Positions 48,969-60,900 of a stretch of DNA of 64,000 nucleotides are shown here, one piece after another. How positions within the stretch are numbered: the stretch's first letter is position 1; each line of letters starts with the position of its first letter. The position numbers were made by a program, and so were the translations under genes. The stretch is from Ruditapes philippinarum (taxonomy: Eukaryota), in contig NW_026859498.1 of the NCBI RefSeq assembly GCF_026571515.1, positions 1 through 64,000 on the forward strand, given 5' to 3'. Below the pieces are notes generated by a model. The model searched no databases. It was not told the DNA's origin and worked only from the letters and a program-made list of their open reading frames with translations.

Positions 48969-51900
48969 TTATATTCCCCTTCCGGTTGAACTGAAATAAA
49001 AAGATACAAGTATGCATTTATGGACTTGTGTTTTTTTTAGATGTGAGTTTGTACCAGGCAAAGCCAAGTACAGAAATGTAAAACACAACAAAAAACAACA
49101 ACAACTGTGCAATCATTTTCAAATACAGAATAAAACATTCCCTATAAATATCCTGCTGCTGTTATGAGAAGAAAGTTTAGCGAGAATTTCGCGTAACAAT
49201 CACCCATTTTAATCGAAAATTTACATTTCTTTTTATAGTAGATTTCTTTAAGCGTGATTTTAACAACATACAAACAATTATCATATATACAACAAAACAA
49301 CAACAACAGAAACAAAAACCAGACAAATAAATAAATAAACAAACAAACAAAACAAAACAAAACAAAAAAACACACACACATTATGACAAAACATTATTGA
49401 AAACATATGCATCATAAAACTTTTATCAGAACACAAAATATTTACCTGCTCAAATTGTCTTGTCGTGCACCAGAAATATTTGTAAGTGTTTTTATAATTG
49501 CAGGTAAATTTGACGGGTCTTGAAGATCTTCCATGTGTAGAACTACCAGATCTGGTCCCCCGTTTGTCCCCGTGTTACCTGAACCACGCCCTTGATTTAC
49601 TGAATGAGAAAATATACAGTTCAAATGGTTTGTCCTACTGTATAAAGGAAATCAAGAATGTTTATTAAAACTCATTTTGTAAATTGATTTGCATAAAAAA
49701 GATAAATACATCTAAATAGATCAATTTTTAAAAAAATGGCGCAACAAGTCTTGAATCAGCTAGATATACCTGTATCTTCACTGGGTTTTATATTTATTAA
49801 GACAGACTATTTGGCATATTTTCTACTCAGCCATTTCAAAATATGTACATTAAGACCTCAATTTGAAATTAGCCTGAAAAAGTTTCTTGCTTGAGTCCTC
49901 TATGAATTAGTTGGAACCAACATGTAAATATAGTCCCAACACTCGACACGATATCTGCCTCACTAAGTAGGTTAGACAAACGTACCTACACACGTCATGA
50001 AATCTACCTCACCAAGTAACTAAGACAAACGCACCTACATATGACATAATATCTACCTAACTAATTTACTTAGACAAACGTACCTACAGTTGACATGATA
50101 TCTACCTCCCTAAGTTACATAGACAAACTTAAATACACTCCACATGATATCTACCTACCTAAGTTACTTAGACAAACGTACATACACTCGACATGATATC
50201 TACCTCACTAAGTAGGTTAGACAAACGTTCCTACACTCGACATGATATCTACCTCCCTAAGTTACGGTACTTAGACAAACGTACATACACTCGGCATGAT
50301 ATCTACCTAACTAAGTTACTTAGACAAACTTACCTACACTCGACATGATATCTACCTCTATATAAGTAGGTTAGACCTAACGTACCTACACACAACATGA
50401 TAACTACCTCAATAAGTAGGTTAGACAAACGTACCTTCACTCGACATGATATCTACCTCAATAAGTAGGTTAGACCTAACGTACCTACACACAACATGAT
50501 AACTACCTCAATAAGTAGGTTAGACAAACCTACCTACACACTTTATGATATTTACCTCAATAAGTAGGTTAGACAAACGTACCTACACACTACATGATAT
50601 CTACCTCATTAAGTAGGTTAGACAAACGTACCTACACACTTCATGATATTTACCTCAATAAGTAGGTTTGACAAACGTACCTACACACTACATGATATCT
50701 ACCTCATTAAGTAGGTTAGACAAACGTACCTACACACTTCATGATATTTACCTCAATAAGTAGGTTAGACAAACGTACCTACACACTACATGATATCTAC
50801 CTCAATAAGTAGGTTAGACAAACGTACCTACACACTACATGATATCTACCTCAATTAGTTACTTACACAAACGTACATACACTCGACATGATATCTGCCT
50901 CAATTAGTTACTAACACAAACGTACCTACACTCGACATGATATCTACCTCAATTAGTTACCAACACAAACGTACATACACTCGACATGATATCTACCTCA
51001 ATTAGTTACTAACACAAACGTACATACACTCGACATGATATCTACCTCAATTAGATACTAACACAAACGTACCTACACTCGACATGATATCTACCTCAAT
51101 TAGTTACTAACACAAACGTACATACACTCGACATGATATCTACTTCAAGTAGTTACTAACACAAACGTACCTACACTCGACATGATATCTACCTCAATTA
51201 CTTACTAACACAAACGTACATACACTCGACATGATATCTACCTCAATTACTTACTAACACAAACGTACACACACACTACATAATATCTACCTCAATTACT
51301 TACTAACACAAATGTACACACACTCGACATGATATCTACCTCACTATGTAATGCCCCGGTCACATATTCACGGATAATGCCACGGAAGAGCTACGGTCTA
51401 ATCGTTCACGGATTACTACGGAAATGTGAAATTTCGTAGTCCGCTACGGTTCAAGTACGGACACACAACGGTATGAGCACGGAGTCCGACGGATTTACCA
51501 CCAAAAACCCCCGGCGGACACAGATTGTTACGACCGACACGGTTTGATACGGAGCGACACGAATCAGGACGGACCCTACGGAATACACTACGGTCTCTAC
51601 GGTATAAGCACGGGTTATACGAATAAGCCGGTCTGATACGGAGAAGAACTATTGATACGGAGAAGAAAGAATTGCCACGGATCTATACGGACCTAATACA
51701 TCCGTTCCACAAACTCTTGCTTGTAATTTTTTAAAAATGCCTCAAAAGAAAAGAACAATAGAAAACGAATTGCAGAGTTCAATGATTTTGGCGGAGAGGA
51801 CTCGGCCTGAATCGCGTCCCAACCCCTGAGACACATCAGGCCGATTTAAAGTGAATTTCTTAAAGGACGCTGGTCCTCAAACAAGTTCGACCATGAGAGC

Positions 51901-54900
51901 CTCATTACTAAACTTGAGCGGTCTTCGTAAAAGCCCATCTCTAGTCCACCATCCTCGTCTGTCTTCTCTTACCTGATTAGATATGGACTAGTAATCATTA
52001 ATGAAAAATGTTGATCAAAACTGCTTCTCTTTAAATTTTAAGATTTGCTGTGTGTCATTTTAACAATACATTAATTATCGTGATGTTTTATTTTTTAAAA
52101 ATATGTAAAAAGCTTTTTAATTAATCTATTATCACTCAAGGGGCCAGCCTCCGAGGCTTATGAGACACCTCGTTTTATGTACATATTTACTCCAATTTCA
52201 CGATCCAATTTTGTAAAATATGTAACATTAATGTAATTTCTATTACTTATGGAAATTGTAGTACGACCATAATAATATAAATTTACTTCTATGTATGTCA
52301 TCAAGCAGCTCGACCACTGCCTCCGCATCTGAGCCATTTTCAATATAAAGTTGCAGCCAGTAAATGGCAATTATCATTTTTAAATGTTTCCGCAAATATG
52401 TCTGTTTTTAACAAGAGGGTAGTAATTTATTACCCTTATGGTGGCATATTTCTGCCAGCGCAGATTAACCATATAACTAACTAGTTAATTAAGAGGTTAA
52501 CTAGTTACTAACTAGTTAACCCTCTTAATAAACTAGTTAGTTATCAGGTTAACTAGTTTACGTAACTAGTTAATCTCTTAATTAACTAGTTAATAAACAT
52601 AACTAGTTAACCTCTTAATTAACTAGTTAGTTATCAGGTTAACTAGTTACGTTAACTAGTTAATCTCTTAATTAACTCAGTTATTTATCATGTTTAATTA
52701 GTTACGTATCTAGTAAACATCTTCATTAACTAGTTAGATATCAGGTTAACTAGTTACATAACTAGTTAACCTCTTAATTAACTAGTTAGTTTTCAGGTTA
52801 ACTAGTTACGTAAACTAGTTAACCTCTTAATTAACTAGTTAGTTATCAGGTTATCTGATGGCAGAAATATGCCACCATATACCCTTGAAAAAAGTACATG
52901 GATACTTAATTCATTCGTACTAAAACAGTGGTGGACCGTACCATTCCGTACCGTTTCGTGTTGCAACGCAATAAACCGTATAAGACCGTGCTAATCCTTG
53001 CCTCTCCCGTAGTACAACGTATTACGATCCGTGGCTTTCCGTGAAAATGCCGTATAATCCGTATTAAAACCGTAGCTTATACGTAGGGTAACCGTACAAA
53101 TACGTAGTTCTCCGTACAAAACCGTGGAAATCCTTGACAAGTTTGTGGACTACGAATCAGTACGGACTAGTACGGTTTTCGTACGGACCAGTACGTATCA
53201 GTACGGATTAATACGGACTAGTAGGATACGCTACGGTTGATTTTTCCGTAGCAAATTTTTGTGCATGTTCAAAAATTGTCAAGGATCGCTAACGATATAC
53301 AAGGACTACTACGATTGATTACGGTTACAATACGGAGAGCTACTGACCAGTACGGGTAGCTACGGACGATGCCGGAATTAATCCGTGGCTCTTCCGTGGG
53401 CGTATTCCGTGAATATGTGACCGGGGTATAAGTTAGACAAACGTACCAGTTACTTGTGAAGTCTGTGACGTGACGCTATTAAAACCTTGAGTCGTAGGCG
53501 GCGGTAATATGTTACTCTGCCCTGAAATAAAAATGTTTTCAGTAAGTTTAAGATGTGGCATGTCTATTCATACCAGCATATCGTTTAAAAACTACAAACA
53601 AGCAGTAAAATAACAATAGAAGCTGAAAATAAAAACATACCTCCAAAGATAGTTTAACTGTTATTGCAGCTTATTTTAAGTGCATGTATTGTTTCGATTT
53701 ATTAAATACATGTATACATGTATATTAAAACGCAACAAATTGCTTCGTCTTTGGCAAAAATATGCGCTTATATTTTTAATAGTTTGCACAGCTGTAGCAA
53801 AAAAGCTAAACATTTGATCTAGAAATTTCAAAATGGTGGCTATTTTCAAAATGGCCGTTATTTACAAAATGGTCTAAATCACTAGGGTAGTCGGAGCTAC
53901 TCGTCTATTATTAACAGAAGATTAACAAGAAATTGGCCGAAAAGTTCCGGATGCCTATAAAGAAATGAGAACGATGACACCTGGATATTAACCGTGTTCC
54001 TATCAATACATGCTGCGTTTTAACAGTGATTAAAATTTTGAAGATGAGTTTGAATTTTGTATTGATGAGAAGATTATCTTTTGACACAGGGTAGAACCTT
54101 TTCGAGGCAGCCATCTTAAACTTCGCCCTTTATACGTGAGAATGGAACACTTTCCCACTGAGGGCATTTATGATAATTGTAACCCAATACTTAAAAGTCC
54201 AAATCTTAAAGATATTGTTATAAGCAGACCGACAAAAAGACAGATTGGCAAGCGCAATAACAATATGTACCCAACCGGGCCAACCCCAATCCAATTTACC
54301 GCTCCCTCTCCAATATCAATAATTTTGGGTTTTACAAGCATGTTTGTATAAAGTAATTCCGGTTATTTCCAATATTAGTTATAAAATTTTAATAAAAGAA
54401 CCACCTGTAAAGGTTATATTGTAAACTCTTTCAAGAGTGATTTACATTATTAATGTGCAAGAGCGACTATGCGAAAAACTGAACAAAACACGAAAAACTG
54501 TCATAACTTTTCGTTATTCATCTCCGGTAAAGTCAAATGCGCATTGTACAAATACCTTTTTGTATGAAAAATGGATAATGTTAAAAAATATATAGATAAA
54601 TGCATAATGGTGTCATATAAGAACTCGTCAATAATTTTTTCAGATGATGCAGTTGATCTAAGTGTACGAGCAGCTTGTGTTAATTAAGCCAATGTGTCGA
54701 TAATGGCAATTATGCGAATTAAATGACAAATTAATAATGAATGAAATCTTCTATGCATGCAGGTTCCTCAAAAAAACCGGCGTCAACAAATTCTTATACA
54801 TGACTTTTGCTGTTATAGTCTGTCTTTAAAAATATTTGACATTTTATTTTTCAAATATGGCAGCTTGATGTGAAAGAATTAATCTAACTGGCTGTCGATG

Positions 54901-57900
54901 ATGTTTTCTTTTAGGAAAAGAATAATTAACTCAATGAATTTCCAAAGTGGCAAGCGGTAAAATATTTTTCGTTTCAAATATGGCAGATTATTTTGTTGTT
55001 AAGAATTAATTTTATATATTTGCTATCGAGGCTGTTTTTAACAGCAAAAGAAAATTTAACTCAAAAAATTCAAAAAAAAAAAAATAATAATAATAAAAAT
55101 AAAAAACTATGGTGGCAAAATTGTGCCATGTGTGAAAATATGCCAAACGGTAAGATATGTTTTCATATATTCATATATTAAACAAAAGAATTTGTTGACG
55201 CTTAATATATTAGTACTGAGACAATACCGTTTCTAAAACCTGTCATTTCACCACCTGTACCCGAACCACGTGATGATTGCATGGAAAATGGATCAATGTT
55301 AATGCCGAGGTCCCTTAGTGACATACCGCTTGGTAGTTGCTGTGTTACTCCATTTCTAGTCACTACCGGCTGTCCACCGTCCACCGGGATTCGAACTACA
55401 GTACAATAATGGCAGGAAGCTTGATAGTTAGTAGGCAATATAAGCAATGTGCATGTTTATAATCAAAAGTCCCAACACGACCAAACTTTCTCAAAGTTAT
55501 AAATGTTTGATTTTAATATTTAATTTAATACACCACAATGATTCAGCACTTTTTACTTTTAAAGTAATATGGTAAATTTGCTATTATATGGTCGAGAATG
55601 TTTGGCATATTTCGTCACTTTCCGTGTCTTAGAAAGATCAAGTGAGCGTCTATACAACAATGATCAATTCAAAATCATGTCAACAAACGCTTTGTTTTTA
55701 CATTTAATTCGGAAAAAGTTATCCTGAATCAAGGGGCAGGACGTGAAGTGGTTGCACACTTGGTTCAAGCGAGCGAATTGGTTGCAAACTTGACAAAATG
55801 GCGAAAACGGCGTGATTTTTTGAAACGGATGAACGAATTTTTGCCAGGCAAGTGGGTTTCTTTGTTATTTTGAAGTTCATTAGTATGTCTATTCCATAAT
55901 GCAATATATATGCCACACTCGGTTAAAGGTTTCAGCATCCTAGATTCTGTTTTGACGAAGTTATTGAAGATATAAACTGATCATGTAGATATTTTGAAAT
56001 TTGACATATGACTGTTCTGGCCGGTTTTTCTCCTAATTTATTCAAATTTCGAAGTTTTAAACTGCATTTAACAATAACAAAATATGTTTCTGTCAATGCT
56101 GTACAAACGGTTTAGTTCGCAAGTCCGAATATAACGTTCAATACACAAAAATATCTTGTTCAAGCACATTTTGGTTGCAGACTTATACTTCAAGCATTTT
56201 TGGTTGCAAACTTATTCTTATTCTATTGAAATCCATAGTAAAACTTAGCAAAAGGATTGTTGAAGGTTATATATATTAACCTATTTTCAATGGCAATTAT
56301 TGACATTTATGTTCTGTTACTTCTTTTTGTTCTAAATGCTATATATACTTTCTTCTTTTACAACAATTATGCACTTTATGTTTCAAATTACATGGTTCTC
56401 AGTTCAATACTATAATCATCAGTAAAAGCCTGCAAACAAAATAATAGCATATAGAAAAATATTTATTGATACTTCAATTCTAAAATATGTCATCATATGT
56501 AAAATGCAAATGAAAACTACATACAAAACAAACGTATACATGTGAGAGTACTGTTGTATTTAAGTGAATTATTTTCATCATAAACATAAGGACATGTGCA
56601 CACATACGATGTTATTCGGCAAAATTTCCAAAGTTTATCAAAACCACAAGAAATTTTAATTTGTTTGTTTCGTATGTAAAGATCAGCAGTTGCTTTAGAC
56701 ATGTACTTAAAATGTTTTTACAAACCAAAAGTTAAAATGACGTACATGCTTGTTTACAATATTTCGGATTTGATGTACATCATATGTCCATTGGTATTCT
56801 AAAGATGATTTTGATTATTAGATCATAATATAAATGATATACGATTGGTTATTTACATTAACTGTTATGTGACAAAACTACTTAAAGTCATTGTTCGAGT
56901 TAGGGAATTTGGAACTTTTTTCGATTGGTCAATAATAAGGAACAATTTAAAGAAACATGTGAATAATGACCTTGTGTCAATGTTCATATAGTTTTTATCT
57001 ACTATATAATCAAATTTATTTCAAATCTCAAAAAAGAACAATAATGAAAGCTGTTTGTTGCTATTTTTTTTCTTCTTTTCCTTTACAGTTAGTCATGCAA
57101 AGATATAAAAAAAGTCCTAAGACTTTGTAAAAAGAAAAGAGTATAAGGAGTATATTTAGCATACATTGAGGAGACCCTGTGTTAAAAATGATGCACAAGA
57201 TATAAACACATAATAAATTATTTGAAAAATTAATTTAATTCCTCGCTAAAAATATGCATGCCTCATTATTGACACAAAAGTTTGCAACCAAAAATGCTTG
57301 AAGTATAAGTCTGCAACCAAAATGTGCTTGAACAAGATATTTTTGTGTATTGAACGTTATCTTCGGACTTGCGAACTAAACCATTTGTACAGCATTGACA
57401 GAAACATATTTTGTTATTGTTAAATGCAGTTTAAAACTTCCAAATTTGAATAAATTAGGAGAATAACCGGCCAGAACAGTCATTTGTCAAATTTAAAAAA
57501 TCTACATGATCAGTTTATATCTTCAATAACTTCGTCAAAACAGAATCTAGGATGCTGAAACCTTTAACCGAGTGTGGCATATATATTGCATTATGGAATA
57601 GACATACTAATGAACTTCAAAATAACAAAGAAACCCACTTGCCTGGCAAAAACTCGTTCACCCGTTTCAAAAAATCACGCCGTTTTCGCCATTTTGTCAA
57701 GTTTGCAACCAATTCGCTCGCTTGAACCAAGTGTGCAACCACTTCACGTCCTGCCCCTTGCTGAATTATTCAAGTAATTTATTGATGGAATATTTTCTCT
57801 GATAAAGTATTAATGGTTCGTAAACTTTTATTGTGATTGAAAGACAAACAAACAAAAATGCGGTCGTAGCGGTGTTTTAACAAAAGCTTCTTTTATTGAT

Positions 57901-60900
57901 AATTTAATTAGTTTGATTAGTTGCATAGCATATCGGGGATTAAATATTGTTCTTGTTTTTTTTCTGGATTAATATACATATAGCTTTATCAATACTTCTT
58001 ATCACATTTGCATGAAGCTGGATTATGTTCATATCTACTACAATGTACTTTGTAGAGCGTCCGTGGCCGAATGGTTAAGGTCGTTGACTTCAAATCACTT
58101 GCTCCTCACCGCTGTGGGTTCGAATCCCGACAGGGACTTTGGATTATTTTATGTGAGGAAGCTATCCAGCTAGCTTACGGAACGTCGTTGGTCAGGTGCC
58201 AGTTCGTGCCTGAAATAATGCACGGAAGGGCACCTGTGGACTTCCTCCAACAGTATAAAAGCTGAAATGTCGCGATATGACCTATTCTGTGTCTATGTGA
58301 CGTAAAACCCAAAACAAACAAAACAAACAGACAAACATGTACTTTGTATGGAGTCTAATATAATCATTATTATTCTCAACCATGTTGACCTCTTTATTTC
58401 ACACCACCATTTTTTACATATGCACAGTTACCTCAATTATAATAAGAATTTGCTTTGGATTTTTGGTGTCTCAAAATGAAAACGAGGCTAGATGAAGTGC
58501 GATATGCATTTGATAAAGATATTTTGGACTATAAGAATGAAAACGAAGTTATATGGGTGTAATAAACCTTTTGGACGCTGGAGAAAAGAAAAGCAAGCTG
58601 TATAGAATGTGATAAGGCTTTGGAATCTGGAAATGAAAACGAGACTAAATTGATCAAATGAGCCGCGTCACGACAAAACCAACATAATGGGTTTGCGACC
58701 AGCATGGATCCAGACCAGCCTGCGCATCCGCGCAGTCTGATCAGGATCTTTTCTGTTCGCATACCAACTCTATTACAAGTAGAGAAACTGTTAGCGAACA
58801 GCATGGATCCTGATCAGACTGCACGGATGCGCAGGCTGGTCTGGATCCATGCTGGTCGCAAACCCATTATGTTGGTTTTGTCGTGACGCGGCTCAAATAA
58901 TAATTTCTAGTGGAACATCTAATGGTGCAAACGCTGGAAGTGCTTTTTATATTTTATAATGTGTGAAATAAAAATAGATACAGTCAAAACTGTCTTAAAC
59001 AGCCAGTCAAGGAATGTAGTCGTTTGGCTAGTTAAGTTAGGTGACTGCTGAATTGAGGATCAAGTATGTTATCCAAATATATCATAAAATTATATAAGAT
59101 AGTGTGACTTTTCGTCGAAGGGGGGGGGGGCGTCACAAAATTGTCGTGAAGGTCACGTGACCGCTGAAAAACGGTGACCGTTTTGTACAGACTCGACTGT
59201 ACATATATACATGTATCTATCGGTTCATGACCGGTCCTTAATCCTTAGAGATAGATGCAGGGAACATTTTGACTTTATGTGGATAAACATGGTGTGCAAT
59301 GGAGAAAACTTACTTCGTATTGCATTGTTGAGACCACCTTGGGCTCCTCGAGTCGTTGATGAACCAAATCCTGATCGCTGTTGCCCAAATGCTCCGGCAC
59401 TACTATCACCACCGGGGAGGAATCCATTTGATACAGTTGATTGAAATTCAGTTTGACGGAAAACTGTAAATTAAACGCTACATGAATAAAGTATGACAAT
59501 AGCGTTCATTTAACGATTCATCTAAACATGCACTGATTTCATTTAAGTATTCGTCCGAAAAGAAGGTCAACGACTTAAAAGTGAAAATTTAATAATCTTC
59601 TCATTGGACGATTAAGTAGGACGTCATTAACAACTATGTACAGTCGCTCCAGTGTAGCTCATTTTGAGCTTCTTAAATCGTTTAAAACTATTACACTACA
59701 CCAACACTATAATTACTTTTAAGCAAAATCATAGAACGAACACCACTAAAGATCAAAAACAGACTTGATATTTAACAAAAGAATAGAACGTATACCACTT
59801 AAGATCGAAGACAGACTTAATATTTAACAAAATAATAGAACGAATACCACTTTAGATCAATGACAAACTTGATATTTAACAAAATCATAGAACGAATACC
59901 AATTTAGATCAAAGACAAACTTGATATTTAACAAAATCATAGAACGAATACCTCTTTAGATCAAAGAAAAACTTTATATTTAACAAAATCATAGAACGAA
60001 TACCACTTTAGATCAAAGACAAACTTGATATTTTAACAAAATCATAGAACGAATACCACTTTAGATCAAAGACAAACTTGATATTTAACAAAATAATAGA
60101 ACGAATACCACTTTAGATCAAAGACAAACTTGATATTTAACAAAATCATAGAAAAATACCTCTTTAGATCAAAGACAAACTTGATATTTCACAAAATAAT
60201 AGAACGAATACCACTTTAGATCAAAGACAAACTTGATATTTAACAAAATCATAGAAAAATACCTCTTTAGATCAAAGACAAACTTGATATTTAACAAAAT
60301 AATAGGACGAAAACCACTTCAGATCAAAGACAAACTTGATATTTAACAAAATAATAGAACTAATACCACTTTAGATCAAAGACAAACTTGATATTTAACA
60401 AAATCATAGAAAAATACCTCTTTAGATCAAAGACAACATTGAAATTTAACAAAATAATAGGACGAATACCACTTCAGATCAAAGACAAACTTGATATTTA
60501 ACAAAATAATAGAACGAATACCACTTTAGATCAAAGACAAACTTGATATTTAACAAAATCATAGAAAAATACCTCTTTAGATCAAAGACAAACTTGATAT
60601 TTAACAAAATAATAGGACGAAAACCACTTCAGATCAAAGACAAACTTGATATTTAACAAAATAATAGAACGAATACCACTTTAGATCAAAGACAAACTTG
60701 ATATTTAACAAAATCATAGAAAAATACCTCTTTAGATCAAAGACAAACTTGAAATTTAACAAAATAATAGGACGAATACCACTTCAGATCAAAGACAAAC
60801 TTGATATTTAACAAAATAATAGAACGAATACCACTTTAGATCAAAGACAAACTTGATATTTAACAAAATCATAGAAAAATACCTCTTTAGATCAAAGACA

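Noticed and set aside
48749-49009. 86-aa ORF as a further long coding exon
   Set aside because: The preceding exon ends in phase 2, giving SSTGRGI* at 48969. The longer frame would need a different upstream donor, which is possible only as an alternative splice.
55719-57777. Duplicated MAYILHYG... ORFs on opposite strands
   Set aside because: They are the two arms of one TIR. The paired ORFs at 9109-9616 and 11394-11909 have the same cause.
58055-58135. tRNA-Sec or opal suppressor tRNA (CTTCAAA loop)
   Set aside because: It is the head of a SINE with body, tail and TSD; the stems are imperfect.
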